A program made the translations under genes and the position numbers. The notes under the pieces are model-generated. The model saw only the letters and a list, made by a program, of their open reading frames with translations, searched no databases and was not told the DNA's origin. A stretch of DNA of 44,555 nt, taken from positions 1 through 44,555 of the forward strand of contig CALYNN010000001.1 in the NCBI GenBank assembly GCA_945221685.1. Direction: 5' to 3'. The DNA comes from an uncultured Clostridia bacterium (GTDB lineage: Bacteria; Bacillota; Clostridia; Oscillospirales; Acutalibacteraceae). This document shows, piece by piece, positions 35,701 to 43,929 of the stretch. The stretch's first letter is position 1, and each line of letters opens with the position of its first letter.

Positions 35701-38224
35701 CAAGGATGGCTCGGCAAAGGCTCAGCAGGGCTTTGTAAATGCACTTGCCGCAATCCTTCGTCCGTTTACAGATGTTCTTGAGGTATTCCTCAACGAAGGC
35801 ACACTTCAGCTTAACGACCTTCTTTACGAATTGATTATGTCAATCAATGTTAAGAAGACAACAACTACTCTCAGCATTTCCGAAGGCGATGTTCCGATTA
35901 CGGCAGTTATTACCTACTCTATGAAGAACGGCGTATTCAAGCTGAGCGTAAAGGAAAGCAAGGACAACAGAAAGTACACATTACCTTCAACCCTTGTGCT
36001 TGATTTAGCATCACTTAAGACAACTCTCAGCGATGTTAAGCTTGAAGGCACAAACGGCTACAACAGTGCAATCATTCCTCTTCTTGAGGCTCTTGGCTGC
36101 ACAAATGTTAAAACATACAGTCAGTATCAGAAGGATGCTGACAAGGCAAAGGATAACCTGCTGCTTGATATTCTTAATCCGCTTGTTGGCGACAGCAGTA
36201 ATTCCTTCCTCAACAAGCTTTGCGCTAATCCGGTAAGCGAGCTTACAAAGCTTCTTCCGAATATTGCAATGTATCTTGATGCTCACGGACTTTCACAGCT
36301 TCTCAGCAACCTGCTTGCTCCCGTAACAGAAATCATTTACGCAGCGGCAGACACACTGAAGCTTGACAAGACAATCGAGAATATGCTTGGTATGCCTTTG
36401 GGCGACGTTGTAGGTATGCTTCTCGGTATGGACGCAGGTGATATTACACTTGAGCTTTCAGACCTTACAACCTTTAATGTTGAAGACTTGATTATTCCGA
36501 TTGTTAACATCATCTTTATCTCAAGCGACAACACCGCATTAAACGGACTTCAGCTTAAGAATATTGATTGGAACGCATTAATCAGCCTTGGTACAAAATC
36601 TACATATCAGAGCAAGGCTACAGGCGCTAACGGCAAATACCTGACCGGCAAGAGAGTAACAAATGTTGATCAGGGCAAGGTACTCGTTGCAGTGCTTCGC
36701 TATGTTGCCGATACACTTGTAAGCAATGCTTCCTCAATTAAGAAGCTTATTTGCGGAATTGACGCAATCAAGAAGAACGACACAATTGCTTCTATCATCA
36801 AGAGCGTATTTAACACAATAGGCACTGCGTCACCTGACCAGATAGTTGCGGCAGTATTCTATCTCCTTGACGGCGAGCCTACAAACGCTTTCTGGGATTA
36901 CACAGCATATAAGACAGGCAGCTACAAGTTCTCCTATCCCGACGGAATTGATGTTGACTTCCTTAAGTCACTTCCTCCGATGCTTGACGGACTTATCGGC
37001 TCACTGCTTGACCTTAACGAAACAATCGGCAACGCTCTCTTCAAGGATGAGCTTGTCAGCAAGCTTGCAAAGGGACTTTACGGTGCAGTTGAAGGCGTTA
37101 AGGTTGGAGATTCAACATTAACTGCTCTTCTTGCTCAAACAGACATTGACTTCTCAACAGGCAATGTTGCCGCACTCCTTGTTGATAAGGATTACGGTCA
37201 ATCATACGAGAGCGCCGCATCGGTAATCAAGTCGGCAGGCTCTTGGGCAAATGTAAATGTTGATTCGCTTAAGTGGGGCGTAAAAGACAGAGACAGCTTC
37301 TTCCACGCTTTAGTTGCAGTTCTCCGTCCTATCTACGGCGTACTTGATGTACTTCTTAACGACGCTTCGCTGGGTATCTTCGATATTGTAAGAATCCCCG
37401 GCTCTAACGGATATACTTCATCAATCGTTCCGGTTCTTGAGGCATTCTCCTGCTACAATGTTAAGACTCAGTATCAGTACAGGCAGGATATAATCAAGGA
37501 ATATGACGCAATACTCCTTGACATCATCAATCCTCTTTGGGATAAGATTGAAGACCTGCTTGCAGCACCGCTTCAAACCTTGGCAGCTATGGTTCCGAAC
37601 CTTGCACTGTTCATCGGCAACGACGGACTTTGCCAGATTATCGACAACCTGCTCACTCCGGTTTCAGCTCTTATTGACGCAGTAAGACCGGTAGTAGATT
37701 TGAACAACCTGCTTAATGCTCTTCTTCCTGCACTGGGCGTAGACATTAACGGTTTGATGGCTAAGATAGGCGTTACAAACTTCTCTCTTGACCTTTATGA
37801 CCTTAACAAAACTCTCAGACCGCTTCTCAGCGGCGACGCTATAATTCCTCTTATCAACAACATTCTCGGTATGATTGATATTAAGGGCACAAAGCTCGAT
37901 ATCAAGCTTAACGATGTTGATTGGCTCCAGCTTGCAAGCCACGGCAAGACTATTGTCGGCGCATCACAGGCTGCAACCTACGGTGCAAGAATTTATGTTG
38001 AGGGTGATTCTTCAGAAACCTTGATTGCTGTTCTCAGATACCTGATTAACACAATCAACACCGGAGACAACTTCGACAACATCAGCAACCTTATCGGAGG
38101 ACTTATCGGCGGTGCAGACGACTCTATCTCAGGCGTAGTTAACAATGTTCTCGCAATTCTCACAGAGGGCGACACAGACGATGTAATCGCCGCACTTGTT
38201 GACCTTCTTCAGACACTTGCTTAA
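29798..38224 (+). CDS. Giant secreted, predominantly alpha-helical repeat protein (2808 aa), function unknown, S-layer/envelope candidate
   Basis: AAAGGAGAG RBS before ATG 29798 and signal peptide MRTSKKLLSFFLAVVMVITTCSVGFTAFA. Three long internal repeats (WG..D...F..AL.A.LR; GY.S.I.PLL.A). No LPXTG, SLH or dockerin recognised. Confidence 0.9.
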   Translation: MRTSKKLLSFFLAVVMVITTCSVGFTAFAQDNSSSIWKTGCDADDAFTTLNGLADELPQLLMGIDALSAYIADPVYEKYAKADGKTAADLTAAEKTAIAQKATLQDVLGCLQPMLTGMLYSQSQDAFLTWLADKYPAYSAAAKKSYGFDYLNDNGDNALSFYQLIMLCDKYKSVDDSGTLAEWYDKLVELARLYPELYLQDQAENDIVEGIAEQIRGHVTLQPGGSTNADDYTWYNATLYDLKNFSFDFGDNAALVQRKIDQWNARCTAIGSPFKAADFGEYIYYAKGIGYTLSSHYVSEYFKSIKTAGDTITYKGTADIYGRGAVDYNITDEITLSNYSDLLRDATLEAAGCDNALDYLDPVPDYTDEINNLKAQRELASAKAAELTESYSNGKGGDTEGYEAQVEAIKTYYYEQAAAHKATYENSIVGATTAAIRRAQTTYRNNMNKLNKAVYNPNSDKPVATASSPYYVLTNPTKEFDDYIANGTLHTLMNASQLGTLNNKYAEEIAVVKNYPAYPAAGSFKPISVYDSEIAELEAKQEAANSGARSFTEEYAQSFMKMQADKFFAEQIIYNGSDRIGNSKYYQSILNGIVIENSNATTVADVDELAAAKMPEGKATCQLTDEEIVEFGTVISSTAGYLTSDYWIDGEQTMTEGSQAGKTFTLPESLLGTSVAKYFYAVDSTRTYETTEHRLGLYAAFKDNDKDAINKYYKEAYDYARSEAARDVMIATGLVSDVSFRNSSTGLYDIIDVESFTAAQQEKALAAIEANSGVVLTKEQEAVLKADYTTPLYDALGTVVLNQLLNDIIVNALTDPNLIGLGQSIEDMVNGLLVTKINLNDVVTDIWADLMKSPVETIINLLPTLTVLLDEVLAPILFNKSGDVYNGLLDGLCDVIGSANYGSYIGMSTICFDLNTILPNLMHWLMGDTDYAGITYWNNGADKTVMLQQKPLSGAAQTVVYNKSNVPTDADEVAAIFDHYAVEDANGNAIVRQGAEKAYSYVYLDKTYESFAAVFEDNAKAQFNCYFTYEGSVPHITGIYAADLALKDAEIADLNKIFAKLVDYETVKDKDGNAVKDEDGNEIKQLKKDDDGNPIASPSATANILAEVVTELATLFTASIDEFVADDSLVNAKKYDVQDQIIGNGLNNIFVAIPQLFDIMENLAADKYGIAKDAWTYCYKGKMVPREDHPDQLLNSDLEALKSFAISPNAVDTFDCFAGIFVEDWLNAIFSILNNVISTDNKISSNLPIISGLLNALGGFSEDSIITDVLNGVFQIEREDDDSFAFIKRANGLTGLSKNHAYFLLTNVGRLVEVIKKLSTSGGSVSGDSLISATTKKAASTAPTIKNAKANSKTYTKTELSNATDLINNLDKMLSSLLSDSTLNGFSLDSADNILAGVVSFFSNYLGRDCYTELARLVNEYTFYITGKDTHTANSKNDVDAKKVYTNDSMTGLMVETFLLIENIVENLFGEFTGTFTLENGKTANYNLITEAIEGVISPDAICVRLDGYDKVAKELTKYNCWHNAAATTSRGNYKISLDWGIKAGDKDAFFNALAASLRLVSSVFGVLLVDTGWYNSVVSPLLNAFCKPNGIKVDSAAEFAKLKNGYHDEALLGLIRPIAGWLDALLAKPVTTLIKSVQGIAGILDDKNGATIASIVKGAITPLAAEINGLGNIFGISSDKLLATSPTLKAMICGTTDKDGKKIPGLVDKIGAYANTKNIKIKGYSLSGSNLIPIVNKLLAGTGIQLKQISWRKLSTAKSPAAALVYVLDYLFETILENKNLTAIAKLIDNDIVTMLVEAIKAGKIQSTDLLALINKVLEVTDSPTLVYWTFAQYLQELTESFVYPKGVTKQMADNGVTQLDTAISSVLSLLGSLGVDLGADDLQGIISKNLFTNKLLTSLATGLFGALDNADPTVKTILSQLGIVCSTKDIAKLLTDKSYGNTYSSAAKTIKAAKSWSDIKTINWGFKDGSAKAQQGFVNALAAILRPFTDVLEVFLNEGTLQLNDLLYELIMSINVKKTTTTLSISEGDVPITAVITYSMKNGVFKLSVKESKDNRKYTLPSTLVLDLASLKTTLSDVKLEGTNGYNSAIIPLLEALGCTNVKTYSQYQKDADKAKDNLLLDILNPLVGDSSNSFLNKLCANPVSELTKLLPNIAMYLDAHGLSQLLSNLLAPVTEIIYAAADTLKLDKTIENMLGMPLGDVVGMLLGMDAGDITLELSDLTTFNVEDLIIPIVNIIFISSDNTALNGLQLKNIDWNALISLGTKSTYQSKATGANGKYLTGKRVTNVDQGKVLVAVLRYVADTLVSNASSIKKLICGIDAIKKNDTIASIIKSVFNTIGTASPDQIVAAVFYLLDGEPTNAFWDYTAYKTGSYKFSYPDGIDVDFLKSLPPMLDGLIGSLLDLNETIGNALFKDELVSKLAKGLYGAVEGVKVGDSTLTALLAQTDIDFSTGNVAALLVDKDYGQSYESAASVIKSAGSWANVNVDSLKWGVKDRDSFFHALVAVLRPIYGVLDVLLNDASLGIFDIVRIPGSNGYTSSIVPVLEAFSCYNVKTQYQYRQDIIKEYDAILLDIINPLWDKIEDLLAAPLQTLAAMVPNLALFIGNDGLCQIIDNLLTPVSALIDAVRPVVDLNNLLNALLPALGVDINGLMAKIGVTNFSLDLYDLNKTLRPLLSGDAIIPLINNILGMIDIKGTKLDIKLNDVDWLQLASHGKTIVGASQAATYGARIYVEGDSSETLIAVLRYLINTINTGDNFDNISNLIGGLIGGADDSISGVVNNVLAILTEGDTDDVIAALVDLLQTLA

Positions 38225-38263
38225 TTAGCCTAAACAGAGCAATGCAAACTGAATAAAAAAACT

Positions 38264-38293
38264 GACCGGCGGGCGAAAGCCTGCCGGTCTTTT
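38264..38293 (+). terminator. Rho-independent terminator
   Basis: GACCGGCGGGC-GAAA-GCCTGCCGGTC-TTTT, with an upstream A-tract (possibly bidirectional). Confidence 0.88.
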
Positions 38294-38438
38294 CTGTTAT
38301 CTTCTTAATTTTAGTTTGCGGTGTCCGTTATTGTTGCGGTTCAAATATCTTTATTAAAAGCTTAATTTTCTATTTGAGAATTCTTTTACATTTGCCTGTT
38401 TTACCGATTATTTGCATTATATATAATGTATTAAATAT

Positions 38439-39446
38439 TTATAGCTTGCAGTTAAGTCTGCTGACGGCGTCAATGTCCTCAAGCTCATCCTTAGTAAATG
38501 GCTGTGCCTGTAGTGCCTTAAGGTTTTCCAAAAGCTGTGCCTTTGAATGAACGCCGATAAGAACCGAGGTTACCGCCTCATCCTGAACAAGCCACTGAAT
38601 TGCCAGCTGTGAAAGCGTTTGCCCTCTGCCCTGTGCAATTTCATAAAGCCGTGCAATTTGAGCAGGTCTTACCTCGTTGTAGCCAACGTGCTTTTGCAGA
38701 GCATCCTTACCGTAAAGCCTTGAGTTTTCGGGAATACCCTTTGCATATTTGTCGGAAAGCTGACCCTGTGCCAAGGGTGAAAAGGCTATAATTCCCTTGC
38801 CCTTTTTAACTGCCTGCTCCTTAAGTCCGTTTTTCTCTATCTCTCGGTCAAAAAGAGAATATCTGTTTTGATTAATTATAAAAGGAATTCTGTAATCCTC
38901 TGCCAAATGGTGCATTTTGTGCATATGATTGCCGTCGTAATTGCTTATGCCGGCATAAAGAGATTTGCCCTGACGAACAATGTCGCTAAGGCAAAGTGCC
39001 GTTTCTTCAAGAGGAGTTTCCAAATCCATACAGTGATGATAAAAAATATCTACATATTCAAGCCCCATTCTTTTAAGGCTTTGGTCAAGAGAAGCCATCA
39101 AATATTTTCTGCTGCCTCCCCTACCGCCGTAGGGACCCTGCCACATTTCATAGCCTGCCTTAGTGCTTATAATCAGCTCGTCGCGGTACGGCTTAAGATT
39201 TTCCTTGAAAATTTTTCCGAAATTAATTTCAGCCGCGCCGGGCGCAGGTCCGTAGTTATTTGCCAAATCAAAATGAGTAATGCCCATATCAAAGGCAGTA
39301 AGGATTATATCCTTCATTTCGTCGTAATCCGCCGCGTCGCCGAAATTCTGCCAAAGTCCTAATGAAATTTCCGGCAGGCGAAGTCCGCTTTTTCCGCAGT
39401 AATTATATTTCATTTGCCCGTATCTGCTTTCATTTGCACAGTACAT
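38439..39446 (-). CDS. Aldo/keto reductase, YghZ/Gpr-like (L-glyceraldehyde 3-phosphate/methylglyoxal reductase family)
   Basis: SGLRLPEISLGLWQNFG, THFDLANNYGP, ISTKAGY, SLDQSLKRMGLEYVDIFYHH and FSPLAQG. Start at ATG 39446 after the AAGGGTG RBS. Confidence 0.92.
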   Translation of the reverse strand: MYCANESRYGQMKYNYCGKSGLRLPEISLGLWQNFGDAADYDEMKDIILTAFDMGITHFDLANNYGPAPGAAEINFGKIFKENLKPYRDELIISTKAGYEMWQGPYGGRGGSRKYLMASLDQSLKRMGLEYVDIFYHHCMDLETPLEETALCLSDIVRQGKSLYAGISNYDGNHMHKMHHLAEDYRIPFIINQNRYSLFDREIEKNGLKEQAVKKGKGIIAFSPLAQGQLSDKYAKGIPENSRLYGKDALQKHVGYNEVRPAQIARLYEIAQGRGQTLSQLAIQWLVQDEAVTSVLIGVHSKAQLLENLKALQAQPFTKDELEDIDAVSRLNCKL

Positions 39447-39490
39447 AATAATCACCCTTTCAAAATAATATTAATTTGTTATCCAAATAA

Positions 39491-39519
39491 ATTATACAGC
39501 CAAAGGACTCTGCGGTCAA
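39491..39519 (-). promoter_or_regulatory. Sigma-A promoter of AKR gene
   Basis: TTGACC-N17-TATAAT. Confidence 0.75.
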
Positions 39520-39621
39520 CGGATATTTAATTTGCGGCTGTTTTTATCATCAAAATAATTCCGATAATGTAATATGCTGACAATAAAGGTCTATTTTGTT
39601 TTGAATTACTATAATTGCTCA

Positions 39622-39650
39622 TTGAATAATTTATCATTATATGTTAAAAT
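39622..39650 (+). promoter_or_regulatory. Putative sigma-A promoter of rnf operon
   Basis: TTGAAT-N17-TAAAAT with TGn extension; inverted repeat GATATGC-N6-GCATATC just downstream (39663-39682). Confidence 0.55.
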
Positions 39651-39734
39651 ACAATCTGAAATGATATGCATTAAAGCATATCCTGCAAAAAGTATATATT
39701 TTTTGCGGTTATCACTTAAGAGAGGATGTAGCTT

Positions 39735-41060
39735 ATGAAGCAAGGCAAGGCTTTTAAAAGGGGCGTTCACCTGTTTGACGGCAAGGAGCTTTCGCAGGAC
39801 TGCCCTATTAAACCCATTGAAGCCGGAGCTGTTATGGTTTATCCGTTGACGCAGCACATCGGCGCACCTGCCAAGGCAGTTGTTGCAGTGGGCGACAGAG
39901 TGCTGAAGGGTCAGCTTATTGCAGAGGCAGAGGGATATATCAGCGCCCCTGTTCACAGCTCTGTTTCCGGAACGGTAAAAGCAATTGAACCGAGAGAGGT
40001 TGTCAGCGGCGGAAGGGTTGACAGCATTGTTATCGAAAATGATTTTCAAGAGGAAGCAACCGATAATTTCGGTGCTGAAAGAAATCTTGAAGACCTTTCG
40101 GCAGATGAAATTGACGAGATAGTAAAGAATGCGGGAATAGTCGGCTTAGGCGGCGCAGGATTCCCCACAGGAGTTAAGCTGACTCCAAAAAACGCTTTGG
40201 AAATTGAGACGGTTATTATTAACGGCTCGGAGTGCGAGCCTTACCTTACCTCCGACTACCGCATAATGCTTGAAAGAGGCGAGGAGCTTATTAAAGGTAT
40301 TAAGGCGGTACAAAAGCTGCTGCCTGCCGCCAAGGCTCTTATTGCAATAGAAAGCAACAAGCCGGAAGCTATCGCAAGGCTTGACGAAATGACAAAGGAT
40401 ATTGACGGTATTGATGTTATGAAGCTTCATACAAAATATCCTCAGGGCGGCGAGCGTCAGCTTATTTACGCAGTAACAGGCAAAAGAATTAACTCAAAAA
40501 TGCTGCCTGCCGACGCCAAGTGCCTTGTTATTAACATTGCAACCTGCTATGCAATTTACGAGGCAGTTTACAAACGAATTCCCCTTATCCACAAGGTTAT
40601 GACTATTACCGGCGAGGGTGTAAACACTCCCTGCAATGTTGATGTTCCGCTTGGAATGAGCCACAGCGAACTTCTTGAAAAGTGCGGCGGTGCAAGGGAG
40701 GATGTTTGTAAGCTGATTTCAGGCGGACCGATGATGGGAATGGCTATCAGCCACACCGATGTTCCCATTGTTAAAACCTCGTCAGCCATTCTTGCCTTTA
40801 CGGCAGACGATGTGGCGGCTCTCGGTCAGTCTAACTGTATTCACTGCGGCAAATGCGTGGGCGCCTGCCCTCAGCACCTTATTCCGCAAATGCTTGCAAA
40901 ATCCGTTAAAGCAACAGATTTTGACAGGTTTGATACCTTAGGCGGTATGGAATGTGTTGAATGCGGCTGCTGCACATATGTATGCCCGGCAAAAATTCCG
41001 CTTACGCAGATGTTTAAGATGGGCAAGGCAAAGCTTCGCGAAGCAATGCAGAAAAGGTAA
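39735..41060 (+). CDS. rnfC: Rnf complex subunit C
   Basis: QHIGAP, GIVGLGGAGFPT, NGSECEPYLT, KYPQGGE and GGPMMG motifs; two CxxCxxCxxxCP 4Fe-4S motifs. Confidence 0.96.
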   Translation: MKQGKAFKRGVHLFDGKELSQDCPIKPIEAGAVMVYPLTQHIGAPAKAVVAVGDRVLKGQLIAEAEGYISAPVHSSVSGTVKAIEPREVVSGGRVDSIVIENDFQEEATDNFGAERNLEDLSADEIDEIVKNAGIVGLGGAGFPTGVKLTPKNALEIETVIINGSECEPYLTSDYRIMLERGEELIKGIKAVQKLLPAAKALIAIESNKPEAIARLDEMTKDIDGIDVMKLHTKYPQGGERQLIYAVTGKRINSKMLPADAKCLVINIATCYAIYEAVYKRIPLIHKVMTITGEGVNTPCNVDVPLGMSHSELLEKCGGAREDVCKLISGGPMMGMAISHTDVPIVKTSSAILAFTADDVAALGQSNCIHCGKCVGACPQHLIPQMLAKSVKATDFDRFDTLGGMECVECGCCTYVCPAKIPLTQMFKMGKAKLREAMQKR

Positions 41061-41075
41061 GGAGGGAACTTTATT

Positions 41076-42017
41076 ATGTATAATGTATCGGTGTCACCGC
41101 ACATTAGGTCACAGAACACTACAAAGGCGATTATGCGCGATGTGGTTATTGCCCTTCTTCCAATACTTGCCTTTGGTGTTTATCACTTTGGATTACACGC
41201 GCTTTTGGTTATTGCGGTAAGCGTTGCAACCTGCGTGGCTTCGGAAGCAATATTTGAACTGCTTGCAAAAAAGCCAATAACTGTTTTTGATTACAGCGCA
41301 GTTGTAACAGGTCTTATTCTTGCAATAAATCTTCCGCCAAATGTTGCTTGGTGGATTCCCGTAATCGGCGGCGTATTCGCTATTGTTGCAGTAAAAATGC
41401 TTTTCGGCGGATTAGGTCAAAACTTTATGAATCCTGCTCTTGCCGCAAGGTGCTTTTTGCTGATTTCATTTACCTCGCGTATGACCGATTTCAGCATAGA
41501 CGGCGTATCGGGAGCAACTCCCCTTGCCTCTCTTAAGGCAGGCGAAAGTCCCGATGTACTTACACTGTTTTTAGGTCTGCACGGCGGCTGTATCGGCGAG
41601 GTTTCCGCCCTTGCAATTCTTGCAGGCGGTATTTACCTTATTGCCAAAAGAGTTATTTCCGTAAGAATTCCTTTAACCTACATTCTTTCCACCGCCGTAT
41701 TTATTGCAATTATTACCGCGATAACAGGCGGAGATTTAACAGTAAATTATATTCTGGGTGAAATGTTTGCCGGCGGACTTCTTGTTGGTGCCTTCTTTAT
41801 GGCAACTGACTATGCAACAAGTCCCATTACTCACGCAGGTCAGATTGTTTACGGCATTGTTTTGGGACTGCTTACTGCTCTGTTCAGAACCGTCGGTTCA
41901 TCGGCAGAGGGCGTATCCTACGCAATAATCATCGGCAACCTGCTTGTTCCGCTGATTGAAAAAATAACCGTACCGAAGCCTTTCGGCAATGAGAAAGCGA
42001 AAGGAGATGCAAAATAA
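41076..42017 (+). CDS. rnfD: Rnf complex subunit D
   Basis: SPHI, FGGLGQNFMNPAL, DGVSGATPL (FMN-Thr), GCIGEVS and FFMATD. Confidence 0.96.
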   Translation: MYNVSVSPHIRSQNTTKAIMRDVVIALLPILAFGVYHFGLHALLVIAVSVATCVASEAIFELLAKKPITVFDYSAVVTGLILAINLPPNVAWWIPVIGGVFAIVAVKMLFGGLGQNFMNPALAARCFLLISFTSRMTDFSIDGVSGATPLASLKAGESPDVLTLFLGLHGGCIGEVSALAILAGGIYLIAKRVISVRIPLTYILSTAVFIAIITAITGGDLTVNYILGEMFAGGLLVGAFFMATDYATSPITHAGQIVYGIVLGLLTALFRTVGSSAEGVSYAIIIGNLLVPLIEKITVPKPFGNEKAKGDAK

Positions 42018-42655
42018 TGGCAAAGAAAAAATCAAGCATAGCCATTAATACCTTAATATTATTGGCGGTAACCTTTGTTGCAATCCTCGCGCTTGCTCTT
42101 GTTAATCAAATTACCTCTGAGCCTATTAAGCAGGCAGAAATAGCCGCCAGAGCAGAGATATACAAAAGCGTTTATCCCAATGCGGCGGAATTTGCCGAAA
42201 TCGAAAACACTCAGGAGCTGCTTGACGCCTCGGCATCTATGCTCAGCTCAAACGGACTTGACGGCTGTACCGTTAACGATGTGCTTGCCGTTACAACCGC
42301 TTCAGGCGAAGCAGAGGGCTATGTTATAGCCGCAACCTGCCCTGAGGGCTACGGCGGTGATATTCAGGTGGCTATCGGAATTAAAGGCGGCGTGCTGACC
42401 GGCTTTGATGTTGTATCAAACAGCGAAACCGCCGGTCTTGGCTCAAAATGCACCGAGCCTGAATTTAAGTCCCAATTTGCAGGAAAGCCTGCGGCACTGC
42501 TTGAATATACGAAAACAGGCGCAAGCGCCGATAACGAAATTGACGCTATCAGCGGCGCAACTATTACTACAAACGCGGTAACAAAGGCCGCAAACGCCGC
42601 AATATTGTTTTACCAAGCTAATTTCGCCGACGGCTCTGCCGTGAAAGGAGAGTGA
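42017..42655 (+). CDS. rnfG: Rnf complex subunit G
   Basis: N-terminal TM helix; GYGGDI, ETAGLGS and IDAISGATIT (FMN-Thr). Confidence 0.95.
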   Translation: MAKKKSSIAINTLILLAVTFVAILALALVNQITSEPIKQAEIAARAEIYKSVYPNAAEFAEIENTQELLDASASMLSSNGLDGCTVNDVLAVTTASGEAEGYVIAATCPEGYGGDIQVAIGIKGGVLTGFDVVSNSETAGLGSKCTEPEFKSQFAGKPAALLEYTKTGASADNEIDAISGATITTNAVTKAANAAILFYQANFADGSAVKGE

Positions 42656-42660
42656 GATAA

Positions 42661-43332
42661 ATGAAGGGTATTTTGGAAAGACTGTATAACGGTATTGTAA
42701 AAGAAAATCCCACCTTCGTTCTGATGCTCGGAATGTGTCCCACTCTTGCGGTAACCACCGGCGCCAAAAACGGATTGGGTATGGGACTTGCCACTATGGC
42801 AGTATTGGTAATGTCTAATATGCTGATTTCCCTGCTTCGAAAGGTTATTCCCCAGGGCGTCAGAGTTCCCGTATATATTATTATAATCGCTTCCTTCGTA
42901 ACTATTGTTGAAATGCTTATGCACGCATATGTTACCTCGCTTTACAGCAGCTTAGGCATCTTCATTCCGCTGATTGTAGTTAACTGCATTATCTTCGGCA
43001 GAGCAGAAACCTATGCCTCAAAAAACAGCGTTATATATTCGATATTTGACGGAATAGGCATTGGCTTAGGCTTTACAATAGGTCTTACCGTAATTGGTCT
43101 TATAAGAGAGCTTATAGGAAGCGGAACCGCCTTTGGCTTTCAGGTTATGCCGGAGAGCTACGAGGGCGTATCAATATTTGTAATGGCTCCCGGCGCATTC
43201 TTTGTTCTTGCAATTCTGTGCGCTATACAAAACAAGCTTAAGCTTAAGGGCGCCAACAGGCACACAAAAGGAAACGGCGGCTGCAGCGGCAACTGCGCAA
43301 GCTGTCCGTCAGCTAAGGAGGCAGAGGAATAA
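42661..43332 (+). CDS. rnfE: Rnf complex subunit E
   Basis: ENPTFVLMLGMCPTLAVT, IPLIVVNC and PGAF. Confidence 0.96.
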   Translation: MKGILERLYNGIVKENPTFVLMLGMCPTLAVTTGAKNGLGMGLATMAVLVMSNMLISLLRKVIPQGVRVPVYIIIIASFVTIVEMLMHAYVTSLYSSLGIFIPLIVVNCIIFGRAETYASKNSVIYSIFDGIGIGLGFTIGLTVIGLIRELIGSGTAFGFQVMPESYEGVSIFVMAPGAFFVLAILCAIQNKLKLKGANRHTKGNGGCSGNCASCPSAKEAEE

Positions 43333-43910
43333 TGGCTAAAACTTTATTTTTGGTACTTCTTACAACCGCTTTAATTAACAATGTTGTTTTAAGTCAGTTT
43401 TTAGGTATCTGCCCGTTTTTAGGCGTTTCGAGAAATATTAAAACAGCGGCAGGAATGGGCGGCGCGGTAATATTTGTTATTACTCTTTCCTCTGCGGTTT
43501 CAAGCCTGCTTTATAACTATGTGCTTGTTAAATTCAATTTAACCTATCTTAAAACAATCGTATTTATTATTGTAATTGCATTCCTTGTTCAGCTTGTGGA
43601 GCTGTTTCTTAAAAAGGCAGTTCCTGCGCTTTACAAAAGCCTTGGCGTTTATTTGCCGCTGATTACAACAAACTGCGCTGTTTTGGGTACTGCGCTGACA
43701 AATGTTCAGTCCTCAAACGATTTTGTTACAAGCGTTGTTGCCGGAATAGGCACATCGGTAGGCTTTTGCATTGCCATTGTTATTATGGCAGGCGTTAGAG
43801 AAAAGACGGAAAACAACGATTTTCCCGAAAGCTTCAGGGGTACTCCGGCAGTGCTTATGACGGCCTGCCTTATGTCCATTGCATTTTACGGCTTTAATGT
43901 GTTTGCATAA
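43332..43910 (+). CDS. rnfA: Rnf complex subunit A
   Basis: NNVVLSQFLGICPFLGVS and YLPLITTNCAVLG. Confidence 0.96.
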   Translation: MAKTLFLVLLTTALINNVVLSQFLGICPFLGVSRNIKTAAGMGGAVIFVITLSSAVSSLLYNYVLVKFNLTYLKTIVFIIVIAFLVQLVELFLKKAVPALYKSLGVYLPLITTNCAVLGTALTNVQSSNDFVTSVVAGIGTSVGFCIAIVIMAGVREKTENNDFPESFRGTPAVLMTACLMSIAFYGFNVFA

Positions 43911-43929
43911 AATACGGGGAGGAAGCTGA

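Noticed and set aside
29798-38224. Phage tape-measure protein or RTX/CDI toxin as identity of the giant helical protein
   Set aside because: It has a Sec-type signal peptide and its own promoter and terminator, with no phage, secretion-system or immunity genes nearby and no RTX/RHS/FHA repeats.
39600-39700. Rex operator upstream of rnf
   Set aside because: No convincing TTGTGAA-N4-TTCACAA match; only an unrelated inverted repeat (GATATGC-N6-GCATATC) of unknown meaning.
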